Shown here: piece by piece, positions 26,343 through 38,788 of the stretch
How positions within the stretch are numbered: the first letter of the stretch is position 1
Layout of the letters: each line of letters starts with the position of its first letter
Assembly (NCBI GenBank): GCA_038087875.1
Contig: CM075977.1
Span: forward strand, 336,040,001 to 336,104,000
DNA length: 64,000 nt
DNA from: Malacoraja senta
Lineage: Eukaryota
Direction of reading: 5' to 3'
Notes under the pieces: generated by a model
Seen by the model: the letters and a program-made list of their open reading frames with translations, nothing else
What the model was told of the DNA's origin: nothing
Database searches by the model: none
Made by a program: the position numbers and the translations under genes

Positions 26343-29302
26343 GTTATGGCCTGTGGAAAGTTGCATGATTACATTTGTTACATTTTACAATCCTGACCTC
26401 TGGTGCATGAAATTTGCATGTTTGCCTGTAACCATGTGGGTTTCCTCTGGGAGCACAGGTTTCCTCCCACAACCCATTGTGCTGCTTGGTAGGTTAATTA
26501 ATGTAGAACACAATATTCCAATGAGCAAAGCTGTGATTGCTGTTTAACAACATCAATGCCCTGATACCCAAATTTTACACACATGGTTTATTATTTCCTC
26601 TTACTTTTCATACTTTCGATTAAATAATATTTTTTGTGATTGTATCCTCAAACATTTCTTTAAAAATTTTGATCTTAATTTCTTTTGTCTATATTAGTCC
26701 GGTCCAGTGTATGCCCAGTCTAGATTATCCACACTGCTTGGAATATTAATCGGAAAATCTGTTTCTTTGTTTTTCTATAAACTGCTGTTTAAAGTCCGTT
26801 ATTATGAATGGTTCCTTAGCCTGTACAACAACATCACTGTTGTAAGATGTCAGAGAATCCATGAAACTGGCATTGGAAAAGGGAGAGCCCACACCATGAT
26901 TGCCAGACTCTGTGGACAGTTTGTTTGGATGCCAGCAGTGATTACGAATTGTTTCACCACTGAAAACAAGATCTGGGTTAATATTTCAGGACTGGCATCA
27001 ATGGGGTAAGTCTCCAACCTCAGCCATTCCTTTTTAGAAGTTGAAGTATTTCTGTGTCAACATGTATCGAGAATTGTACTACTGCTGGACTATCAACCCT
27101 GAGGTTGTAAGTTCAAATCCTACAGTGGGAATCTCTGAAATTGAATTAAGTAGAATTGATGATCCAATACTGAAAATAATAACTATTGTTGGTTGTCTAT
27201 AAGGGAACCAAAGGTTATAGTAATGGCCTTCAGGAAAACAAAACTATTATCCTATATGTTAATCCTATATTGTTAATTCCAATTGTTCATTCCAAAACAC
27301 AAGACCAGTATACGGAACGATAATAATGACGACTGCCAAAATTATCCACTGCCTCGATCTAATTGCGTGCAATGTTACCACATTTTTCATATTTGGCAAC
27401 TTTCTATAGAAGTATAACATTTATAAATTACTACTATAGAATTTAAGGATCACATGGAGGCTCTATCCATATTGTGGAAAATGGAATGTGCATCCATATG
27501 ATTCATCTTTGTTTGGTTTTGAATAAAACTGGCAACTATTGTTCATACAATTAACTCTCTGTTGAGTAAAGAAGAAATTTTGGAACCTAACATGCACACA
27601 AATTAATGATTTTACCTCTTTATTTCACACTTTTTCATCTCTGGACTTTGTCCAACTATCTGTCAATCTCCCCCCACCCACCTGTATCCACCTATCACTT
27701 GCCAGGCTTTGTCCCACCCCGCCACTCTTTCAGCTTTCCTCACCCACTCCAATCAGTCTGAACAAGGGGCCCAACCCGAAACATCACCAATCCATGTTCT
27801 CTAGAGATCTGCCTGACTATCTGAGTTACTCCAGTACACTGTGTCTTATTTTGTAAATCAGCAGCATCTGCAGTTCCATGTGCCTAAATAAACATACCAA
27901 GTGTACTTGTGTAATTTAAAAAATACTATTAAAGTACAACATTATTTATCAGCACACTTATTAATAGAGTCAAGTTATCAAGCAAAAATTATTTCATGCC
28001 TAGTTTGTTCCACTTGTTCAAACTCTGTTACATGTAAACCTTTATTCATTTGAGGGATCAAATTGCATAACACATTTCTCTTGAAAATTACACTTCCAAC
28101 ACCCAAATTATTATATTTTGTATATGGCAAAAATCTATTCCAAGTAGAAACTGAATACATGGTTTGTTAAATACATGATTCTTCAAAATATTAACATTAT
28201 TATTTCTAATGTACAATCAAAAATCAAAGCATAAATCGCTTAATCCTGGAATTTTCCTGCATTTTTTGGATTAAAAAAAGATCAATTTTGGTAACTTTAT
28301 ACATATTTAGTTTTATACAAAGTGTTTTCAGTCATCTGGTATGAAAACATGAACTAACAAGACATTGGAATAATTGTCAGTACAATTGCTGCATGCTTTA
28401 CAGTTACACCGATGGAGAAAGAAAATCATATTGTACAAGCAAAAAGGGCAGGCAAGGTGTGGGTCAGAACTACGAGGTAAATAGATTGTATTGGATTCAA
28501 ACAGGTTTTTATGAAAGAGTAACTGGGAAAAAGAGAGGGAGAGAGAGAGAGAGAGAGAAGAAACAATCATCCCTTTTCCCATTCGTCTCACCTGCAAGAG
28601 GTGCTGTGATTGGTCAGTTGAAGTTGAGAGGTCAGAGGTAGAGTTTGTACTAGGGTTAAGTGCAGAATCATTGGATTTGGCTGCTCAGTCCAAGAAGATA
28701 TAGAAATATTAAAAATGAGATAAACAGCAGAGTTAAAGCTGAAAAAATGAACCCTACTTCAAAGAAGAGCTTTCAAATCATTTAATGAAAGGTCATTAAC
28801 ATTTAAAAAATAAATTGAGGCACACAACAATACAAAGAATAATGCTTAATATCCAGCATATTACAGGTAAATGTCATATACTGCCAATATACTGAAAACA
28901 GGGAACAAAATATGCCATTGAAGGTTTCTTTCCCACAGAACAAAGAGCAAGCATTCTGAAGCAAAATGCATCAGATTTGTGAGGTGTGGTATGCAATGAC
29001 TGGATGATGAACATTTATTCTATAGGTTAGTCAGCATTTCTTACGAATAACACTCAAACTGCTTTATATTTTATAATGTACATTGCTGACTTTTTGTTTG
29101 GGTGAAGAGATGGAAATAGGCACAAAAGAGTTTAAAATGTTTTCCCTCAATTGTTTTCAGATGCTTGGAGCCACTTAAATACAACAAAAGAAAGTGGCAT
29201 GGCTGTCAAAAGTAAATGCAGATTGAAGTCACAGCATCTCAGAAAGTGTACTCATATTTAAACTCTAGCATCAGAAAGATATTTCCAGTGAACTGCTCTT
29301 AC

Positions 29303-29514
29303 CTTTGTCACAGTTCTCCCCAGTGTAACCACTATTACATTCACAGTAAGGCCGGCTCAGAGCCAAAAGCCTGCATTTTCCATGTTTGCATCTGATGTTC
29401 TGACAAGGATTAAACAGCTCCTCTTCCTCATCGCACAGCACATTTCTGAAACCCAGCTGGCACTTACAGCTATATGAGAAGGCATTGATAGGCACACAAA
29501 TGCCATTCATGCAC
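29303..29514 (-). CDS. slit2: Slit2 penultimate coding exon (EGF8-EGF9)
   Basis: [18 protein letters not shown]...[14 protein letters not shown]; tttcag|G and G|gtaaga; 212 nt. Confidence 0.95.
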
Positions 29515-29775
29515 CTGAAAACAGATCAAAATATAATGAAACAAGTAACATATATACTCAAGTGCAACATTGCACAGGCCGTTAAGCATCTTTACTGCTG
29601 GTCAAAAGACTGGGCAGGTAATATTAATATTACCTAGCTGACAAAAATGTTTATAGCTGACAAATATTAATAGCTGACAAAAATGTTTATTCTCCTGAGG
29701 TTGCCCATTCCATGGTTGGTTGAGAGATGGCATTACTAACAGTCAGTTGTAAAATTTGATCTGTATGCCTTCACG

Positions 29776-31105
29776 TGTAAGAAAGAACTGCAGATGCTAG
29801 TTTACACCCCTTAGGAATAAGGGGTAGGCCATTTCAAAGGTTCATTTATTGTCACATACACCAATTGGTGTAGTGAAATTCAAGTTGCCATTGCAGCACA
29901 CTAATAAGAAAACAACACAACATTAAAGAAGAATTTAACATAAAACATAAAAACATCCCCCCACAATGGTTCCCACTGTGAGGGAAGGCATAAAGTCCAG
30001 TCCCCATCCCCTTGTCCAACCATAGTCGGGTATATTGATGTTTCAGGCCCTTCTCGCCGGGTGATGGTGCTCCGGCGTCGGGAGAACCCTCTCAGCGGCT
30101 TGGGATGCCTGGAATGGCCGCTTCCTTACCGGAGACCGCGGCTTCCGAAGCCGACAGGCCGCGCTGGACGGAGCTCCACCACTGGTGATCTCGGCGAGAG
30201 ATCCCAGGCTCCCAATGTTAAAGTCAGCGCCGCCGCCCGCGGCTGGCCACTCCACAGACCCGCAGCTCCGCGATGTTCAATCGGCGGACTTAGCATTCCG
30301 GAGCTCCAGCGCGGCGACCCGGGCAAGGCATCGTCCGCTCCGCGATAGCGCTCCAAAGCTGCGCCGCCGACAAAGCAGAGGTACTGGCCAGTCCCGTCAG
30401 GAAACGCTGCTCCAGACCCCGATGGTCGAGATGCTGCTCGGAAGAAAGCCTGCCTCTCCGACCAGGTAGGGACTGAGAAATACAGTTTCCCCCCACCCCC
30501 CCCCCCCCCACACATAAAAAGAATAGACCTCCAAACAACACTTTTTAACGTACTAAAAATAAAAAGAAGTGAAAGGACGGACAGCTGCAGGCAGGGCAGC
30601 TATACCCAACTGGACGGCGCCCCCTTGCTGAGATTAGGAAAAATGTTTTCACCCAGAGAGTTGTGAATCTGTGGAATTCTCTGCCACAGAAGAGAGTGGA
30701 GGCCAATTCCCTGGATGTATTCAAGAGAGAGTTGAATATAGCTCTTGGGGCTAAAGGAATCAAGGGATAAGGGGAGAAGATAGATACAAAAAGCTGGAGT
30801 AACTCAGCGGGACAGGCAGCATCTCTGGAGAGAAGGATTGGGTGATGTTTCAGGTCAAGACTCTATGGGGTGAAAGCAGGAAAGCAGGAACTGGATACTG
30901 ATTGTGGATGATCAGCCATGATCATATTGAATGGTGGTGCTGGCTCAACGGGCCGAATGACCTACTTCTGCACCTATTTTCGATGTTTCTATGTTTCTAC
31001 GTCAAAGATAGACACAAAATGCTGGAGTAATTCAGTGGGTCAGGCAGCATCTCTGGAAAAAAGGAATAGGTGACGTTTCGGGTCAAGACCCTTCATCAGA
31101 CTTCA
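29776..31105 (-). mobile_element. Nested cluster: Penelope-type tail interrupted by a CR1 tail, a GC-rich repeat (about 29835-30625) and a second Penelope-type piece
   Basis: Outer element halves at 29776-29808 and 31000-31105; CR1 tail pieces at 29810-29835, 30630-30775 and 30865-31000; GCCTTCAYG on both outer flanks. Confidence 0.6.
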
Positions 31106-31829
31106 TCAAAAGGCCTTCATGGTGGGAGGCCATAGACTTCCCATTACAGCTCCAACATAAACTAGAGCTTGGCATACTTTAGTGATAATCCCAACAGCAC
31201 TGTATGAATCCCTATAAACAATTCTGAAATACTGAGTTCTCACCATCAACCAGACCATCAACTGAAGGTAAACCATCAGCTGAAGGTAGACAGATAAAAG
31301 AATGGCCTTTATTGCTAGATACTTTGATAAATTTGAAGATCAAGTATATACTTTAGACTTGCTAAAAGGTATCTTTACCACTGTTGGTTACAATAGAAGA
31401 TTAAAATATAGTTATTTTCCAGATTATTATTGGCACATATATAAATTGAGTGACAATTCCAAATAACTGCTTTCTGCATAAAGTGATTCAACCCCCCCCC
31501 CCCCACTCCATTGTTAGATTACATTAATTATGTATATTGTTTGTTTGGATTGCTTGATTATCTTATCAAAATGGGTCAAAGAAACAATAAGCACCTGCTA
31601 CACTTGATGATCAGACTAGCAATACTCCAGAGAAATGTATTTATTAATCCATAGCCACGATTTATTATTCATTTCTGGATCATTTGCAAAAGCATTCAAT
31701 AATGTAATTCTATTTTGAACTTTGTGATTATTTTCAGGGGCGTTCTCTGTAGATTCAAATATTGGATTTCACTTTTTATGTTATTCTGGAGCAGCTATAA
31801 TGAACTATAATAATGATTAATGAGTCCAT

Positions 31830-33900
31830 GAAACCATAAGTAGGAACGAGAATAGGTCTTTCAGCCCCTTGAGTTTATTGTGCTATTCAATAGGGTTGTA
31901 GGTGATCCAACATTCTTTAAGCCTTTCCTCCATAATCATTGATTCCCTTGCTGATTAGAAATCCATCTCCGTCTTATTCTCAAACACTTTCTCTCATAGA
32001 TTCACAACTTTCTCAAAGAAAAAAATAATCTCCTTCTCTGTCTTAAATGGACACCCCTTATTCTGAGACATGGTCCTTGGTTTTGGATTTTTCCCAAGGT
32101 ATGAAACATTCTCTCAGCAGTTATCAATCTAGCTACCCTATGTAGCCCGTTGAGAATCTTACATGTTTCATTAAGATTACTTCTCATTCTTCGAAATTCC
32201 AATTCTACTCATAGTCATGTGACCCTTCTTCCTATGACAACCCATCCATACCTGGGATCATTCTTGTGAACCTGCTCTAAATGCCTCCAATTAAAAATAT
32301 CTTTCCTTAAATTTGGGAAACAACAAGAATCTTGATATGGTCTCAATGGTCCCTGGTGCAACATTACTTTTATACTCTAATCCCTTGAAATAATAGCCAA
32401 CATTTCATCAGCCTACTCTTTTGCCTGCTATTTTGCAGCAACCTTTCTTCATTTAAGAAACTTTTCTTTAGGTTTTCCTTTCAAAATGAACCAGCTCAGA
32501 TTATCCCACATTATACCTTAAGTTCATGTCATAGGAGCAGAATTAGGCCATTCGACCCATCAAGTCTATTCCGCCATTCAATCATGGCTCATCTAACTTT
32601 CACATTCAACCCCATTCTCCTGACTTCTCCCCATACCCTTTGACACGCTTGCTAATCAAGAAATCAAATGTCTATTTGTCAACCTGTTGCTGATTCACCA
32701 AATTTATCGATATCTTCCCCTAAACTGGAACCTTCTCACAGCTTGCCTACCCACCTGTTTGTGTTGTACACAAATCTGGTTACTGTGCATTCTCTTCCTT
32801 TTTCCAAGTCATTAATAGTTAACAAGTAAACAGTTGCATTCCCAGAAAATACATCCTTATCCCTATGGATTGCTTCCTGTCTGTTAGCCAATCCTGTATC
32901 CATCCTATTAGGTCACCTTCAACACCATAGTCTTGTATCTTGTGTTTTGACCCTTTCTGAAGCACCTTGTCGAACACTTACTGTAAGTCCAAATTCAAGT
33001 TCCTCCTGGTTTACCTCCGTTCACCCTGATCCTCACTTCCACAAAAAGTTGATATATATATTTTCAGACATGATTTCCCCTTCATAAAGCCAGATTATAA
33101 TTAGATTATATCTTTCAAAACATGCTATTGCTTCCCAAATAATCAATTTTAACATTCGTCCAACAATATATGTTCCGCTACTAAGTTATAATACTGCAGT
33201 TTTTTTTTATAACTCTTCCTTTTTTCAGTAAGGACGTATGATCAGTTTCCAATCCACTTCTCCAGAATCGAGGGTTTGTTAGAAGATTCTACTACCATTC
33301 ATTTTCCTCGACTCTTGGCATACAAGCCATGTGGGCTAGGGGAGGTGGGGATGGTTATCAGTCTTTATCCCCATCATTGTGCCTAAATCTCAAGTGATGC
33401 CATTTTCTTTTGACCCAATATTATTCAGTTTTACTGGAATATTTGTCATATCATTTTCAGTATAGATTGATGGAAAATATCTGTTTAACTCCTTTGCCAC
33501 TCCCTTGTTCCCCATAACCGTTTCCCAAACCTCATTTTCAAAAGGGCATATGTTTAACTGAACCCCTCTCTTCCTTTCTGTATACTTATTATTAACATAC
33601 TCTTATTATCTATTTTGACATCCATCGTAAGTTTGCCATCATTGTTTTCTTTCTCTCTCTTTATTACCTTTTCTGTTCTTCCTTGCTGAATTTTGAATTT
33701 ATCCACATCTTCAGATTTACTTTGACTCTTGCCTTTTTACATTTTTTCTTTCAACTTCATATCCTCCTGAACCACTTTGGTTAACTATGGTGGGTTCAAC
33801 CTCCCCCCCCCCCCCCCCAAGGTTTTTCCTTCCCATGTTGCATATGTTTTTGCCGAGTGTCGCGAATTAACATTTTAAACGGTTAAACTCCTTACGACTA
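31830..33900 (-). mobile_element. Ancient decayed CR1-type LINE
   Basis: EFRRMRSNLNETCKILNGL..CLRIRG C-terminal remnant at 32002-32202, with degenerate RT sequence upstream. Confidence 0.55.
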
Positions 33901-34596
33901 TTCTATCTTCCCCACTCCATTTTAGGCAGGTCGACATCATGCCATTGTAACTCCCTTTATTAAGTCGAACACCATTGTTTTTGAATACAAAGTGCTGGTA
34001 GAACTCAGCGGGCCTGGCAACATCTGTGAAATGAATGGATAAGTGACAGGTGCTGCCTGACTCGCTGAATTCCTCCAGCACTGTGTTTTGCTCAAGATTC
34101 CAGCATCCGCAGTTCCTTGTGCCTTTACAGTTGTTTCTGATCCAAGTTACTCCCTCGCAAATGGAATACAATATTCTACCTTGCTCTGATCATAACTTCT
34201 TGGGGGATTTTTCAACCATAGGTAATTTATCAAACCTGCCTCATTACCCATTACTGGATGCAAGAAAGCCAGTTCCTTGGTTGTTTTATAACATACTAGA
34301 CTAAGTGGGTCCCGTTGGGTCCCATGTTCACACGGGAGGGCTGGTCCCCCAACGCAATATTCCACCTCTCCACCAAGTCCAATATTGGTGGCCAGTGGGG
34401 TGGGGGGGGGGGGCGCTTTCTGGAGCGCTAGTATGGGTATTGTGCGCTGAAGGGGCTGGTTTCCAGAGGGCTAGTATGGACATTGTGGGCCAAATGGATT
34501 CTTGGGGTGACAGCTCAGTCACTCAAACCTGATGTGCTGGCAGCTCACTCACGGCTGGTGGGCGAGCAGATGACTCACGGCTATTCCTTGAAATTC

Positions 34597-35040
34597 CATT
34601 TCAAGCAGGGTGCAAGGCCACCAAATTCAAATGCAGTTTCCTACCATTTCAAGCAGGGTGCAAGGCCACCAAATTCAAGTGCAGTTTCTTAGCACTTCAA
34701 GCAGGGTGCAAGGCCACCAAATTCAATTGCAGTTTCCTACCACTTCAAGCAGGGTGCAGGGCCACCAAACTCAAGTGCAGTTTCCTACCACTTCAAGCAG
34801 GGTGCAGAGCCACCAAATGCTAGTGCTGTTTAATGCCATTTCAAGCAGGGTGCAAGGCCACCAAATTCAAGTGCAGTTTCATACCACTTCAAGCAGTGTG
34901 CGACAACCAAATTAAAGGCCGTTTCATACCATTTCAAGCAGGGTGCAAGGCCACCAAATTCAAGTGCAGTTTCATACCATTTCATGCAGGGTGCAAGGCC
35001 ACCACATTCAAATGCAGTTTCATACCATTTCAAGCAGGGT
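34597..35040. repeat. 48-bp minisatellite, about 9 copies
   Basis: Unit CAAGCAGGGTGCAAGGCCACCAAATTCAAGTGCAGTTTCCTACCATTT, starting at 34602, 34650, 34698 and so on. Confidence 0.9.
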
Positions 35041-35431
35041 GAAACCACCATATAACCACCATAAAACCACACAAAACACCACATAAACACCACACTCAGT
35101 TCAGTAGACATTCAGTGTGTACAGTTGATTCACAGCTCAGACGGATTTGTGACCTCTCCCTCCCCCATCTTGCAGAGACTGAGCCACACCCACACTTCCG
35201 CATGTTATAATCCCTCCCCCTCTCACCGGAAGGGGCGTGGCTTTCATGACATGATTGACAGGAGAGAGAATCTCAACATTTTTTTAGACACTAATAACAC
35301 TTTAATTTTCATTGATGGGAAGAATCCTCTGCCCATGATGAGCGGAGGGGGACTGAGTAAGATGGCCAAAAATCACAGCCGTACGTGGTAGCGTTTTATA
35401 TAAAATCAATATACAGTGCAAACAGGAAGTT

Positions 35432-36680
35432 GCAGTTACCAACACCAACAACCATTTGCAGTGCAGCATTTCAAAGCAGTTACCACCACCAACAACCATT
35501 TGCAGTGCAGCATTTCAAAGCAGTTACCACCAACAACAACCATTTGCAGTGCAGCATTTCAAAGCAATTACCACAAACAACAACCATTGCAGTGCAGCAT
35601 TTCAAAGCAGTTACCACCACCAACAACCATTTGCAGTGCAGCATTTCAAAGCAGTTACCACCAACAACAACCATTTGCAGTGCAGCATTTCAAAGCAATT
35701 ACCACAACCAACAACCATTGCAGTGCAGCATTTCAAAGCAGTTACCACCACCAACAACCATTTGCAGTGCAGCATTTCAAAGCAGTTACCACCACCAACA
35801 ACCATTTGCAGTGCAACATTTCTTTTTTTTTTCTTTTTTTAAAAATTTTTATTAGAAGTATTTTACATTACAGTTATCTGCAATAACATAACATAATTTT
35901 AAACAATTCTTGTACCACTTCTGTTTTTCAACTTTAATAGAAAGAAGGATAGAAAGAGCTAGCAAAGATAGTCAGTGAGTGAATGAAAGTGGTCCAGGAA
36001 CACTCTTGTGAACCTAAACCACAAGAAGTAGTTAAAGAAGAAAAGAAAAAAAGAGAAAAAATAAAATAAAATAGGACAATATGAAAGGGATGTGTCTACT
36101 TCTTATCTTTACTCACCCCTCGCCAGGTCCTAAAACCATTTATTATCAACATTTTGTTGCACCCTATGTTTGTAATAAGTCGATATATGGCGACCAAATC
36201 TTTTGGAATTGGTCTTGTTTACCTGCTAGGAGGAATCTCATATCTTCTAAATGTAACAATTCCGACATATTAGAAGTCCACATTTTTATTGTTGGTGTAG
36301 GGGCATTTTTCCAAAATTTCAATATCAGTTTTTTTGCCGTTAATAAACCATAACTAAGAAAACTCCTTTGAAACGCAGTCAGCTCCAAACTTGCTTCTGT
36401 TGTTCCAAAAATAATCAGTTCTGCATTCGGTTTCAATTTTATTTTAAATAATTTAGAGAAAATTTCAAAAATTTCATTCGCAGTGCAGCATTTCAAAGCA
36501 GTTACCACTACCAACAACCATTTGCAGTGCAGCATTTCAAAGCAGTTACCACCACCAACAACCATTTGCAGTGCAGCATTTCGAAGCAGTTACCATCAAC
36601 AACCATTTGCAGTGCAGCATTTCAAAGCAGTTACCACCACCAACAACCATTTGCAGTGCAGCATTTCAAAGCAACCACAT
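35432..36680. repeat. 44-bp minisatellite split by an L1 insertion
   Basis: Unit ACCATTTGCAGTGCAGCATTTCAAAGCAGTTACCACCACCAACA at 35432-35820 and 36480-36680. Confidence 0.9.
35818..36478 (-). mobile_element. L1 3' fragment
   Basis: ORF2 C-terminus (..LLTAKKLILKFWKNAPTPTIKMW..KIWSPY), AATAAA and poly(A) on the minus strand. Confidence 0.8.
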
Positions 36681-37140
36681 TTTCATTTTCAAACCACGGT
36701 AAGGGCACTCACAGTTGAGTAGACATATGTTCAGTGTTATTCACAGCTCAGAGAGACGTGACCCTCTCGCTTCCTCCATCTTGCAGAGACTGAGTGAGGC
36801 ACAACACTTCTGGGTTTCATAGTCCCTCTCCCCTCCCACCAGCAGGGGCAGCAGAGAGAATGTCAACATTTTTAAAACATTAATAATTCTTTTATTTTTC
36901 ATCGATGGGAAACATCCTCTTGTCCTGCGCAGCAGAGAGGGACTCTGAGTAAGATGGCCCAAAATCACAACCGTAAGTGGCAGCGTTTTTTCAAAAATCA
37001 TGAAACAGAAAAACAGGAAGTGGTCAAGATCTTACTTTTAGTAATATAGATTTATCTGGGAAATAATCCAAATGCACTCTACAAATTAATTCTCCTGGCT
37101 ACCCTTTCCAACTTGATTAACTAAATCTCCATGAAGATTA

Positions 37141-37432
37141 GGGAGCGGCACAGTGGTAAAGTGTTGCTTTACAGCATCAGAGACCGGGGTTTCTGACTAC
37201 GTGTGCTGTCTGTACAGAGTTTGTATGTTCATCCTGTAACCACATTAGTTTCCTCCGGGTGCTCCAGTTTCCTGCCACACTCCAAAGATGTACAAGTTAG
37301 TAGGTTAATTGGCTTCTGTAACATTGTAAATTATCCCTAGCATATAGGATAGTGCTAGTGTACAGGGTGATCACTGGTCGGAATGGACTTGGTGGGCCGA
37401 AGGGCCTGTTTTCATGCTGTATCTCTAAAGTA
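37141..37432 (+). mobile_element. tRNA-derived SINE
   Basis: Same family as 10272-10564. Confidence 0.7.
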
Positions 37433-38499
37433 ATTAAAGTCCCCTATAATTATTGCACTGCACTTTTTACACACCCCGTTATTTATTGAGTTACTGCCAT
37501 ATAACTTGTTAGCAGAGCTATCCCCATCACCCTTTCCTTCCTAAAAAGCCCTTGCTTTGAACCCCTTCCAACCATGTCTCCATAATCTTTCTTAGATTAT
37601 ATCTATTCACTGCTATTTTTGCCATTAGATCATCTACCTTATTACAAAGTCTTTAGGGTTGTCCATTTCTATTTGTCTGACTTTTATTTTACTTTGTGCC
37701 CTAATTTGCATCTGACTCTTGATATCGCTGCCTTCTGCTTTACTTCACTCCCATTGTTGTTTTTCTCCCCTGCGTCAAACTGCTTAGGCTCCAATCCCCC
37801 TCTCATCCTCGTTTCAACCCTCTTCAATAGCAAATACCCCACATGGACAAAGTTCCAACCCGAAACATCATCTATTCTTTTTCTCCAGAGATGCTGCCTG
37901 ACCCGCTGAGTTACTCCAGCATCTTGTGTCTATCTACTGAATCTTCTACTCTGCTTTGTAATTATCACATCAAAGATTTTCATTGTATCTGTATCTCACT
38001 ACACTTGGGCATGTGAAAATAAATTTGGTCGACTTGATTTGATTTGACTTGATGATGCTCTTCCTGACTGTGTAGTCTCTTATTGTGACCACAACAGTAA
38101 ATGTTATCTATGTACATTTCAGCAATGCAGATGGTCCTAGGCTGCAGCTTTGTAATGAAGCAGAATGTCAAGACTTTTTCTGTAATCGGTAAATGCCAGT
38201 ATTCAATACCAAAATGTGGGACTAGCAATAGCAACATGGGAAGAAGCATCCACCCACCAACTTGGTAAATGTTTTAGAAATATTCACACAATGCGTTGGA
38301 ATGTCAACTGGTAGTGGACATTCCAAAAGGGAACTTTACTTTGTGTGAATCCTTACATAGCCCAGGGACACATATTGCTGCTGTAAGGTAACAAAAATAA
38401 TAACGGTTACCTTCACCACTGATAACAATGATTTTGATGAACACTAAAAGATAAGTATTTAATGCATTTGTAGCCATAAACATCAACTATACAACTTAC

Positions 38500-38788
38500 T
38501 TATTGCCCTGACAGGGGTCATTGGTTTGCTGGTCACAAAGTGTCCCAGTCCAACCTCCCTCACACTCGCAGGTGAAGCTGGACTGGCCGATAGAGTGACA
38601 GGTGCCATGCTGACACATCTTCTTCTGGCAGGGCTCACAGCCTGGCAGGATGCCTGTCTGCATCGGGACTTTCTTGAAATCCTGCAGCTCATTGTTGATG
38701 TACAAGTTGCGGATGCAGCCATGGAAACTGGTACTGTTCCGGCCTGGCCCTTGACGCAAAGCAGCAACGTTGGCCTTAGAGGGCATAC
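38500..38788 (-). CDS. slit2: Slit2 coding exon (end of laminin-G, EGF7)
   Basis: [37 protein letters not shown]...[13 protein letters not shown]; tttag|GT and AA|gtaagt; 289 nt. Confidence 0.95.

Larger units (their letters stand above)
34296..37050 (-). mobile_element. Non-autonomous Helitron (copy 3) containing minisatellites and an L1 fragment
   Basis: Minus strand a|TCTATATTACTAAAAG ... GGGACCCAACGGGACCC hairpin, then CTAG|t; inserted at an AT dinucleotide with no TSD. Confidence 0.85.

Noticed and set aside
28592-28680. Possible alternative slit2 exon (cag|CCAAAT...TTGCAG|gtgaga)
   Set aside because: 89 nt is not a multiple of three, so inclusion would shift the frame; weak polypyrimidine tract; no homology.
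30043-30541. GC-rich overlapping ORFs as a CpG-island promoter or gene
   Set aside because: Lies within a nested repeat cluster that splits a CR1 tail; no recognisable protein motif.
34597-36680. Regular 48-bp and 44-bp repeats as a CRISPR array or repeat-protein gene
   Set aside because: Units are head-to-tail with no unique spacers, the context is eukaryotic, and ORFs open in several frames on both strands, as is typical of minisatellites.
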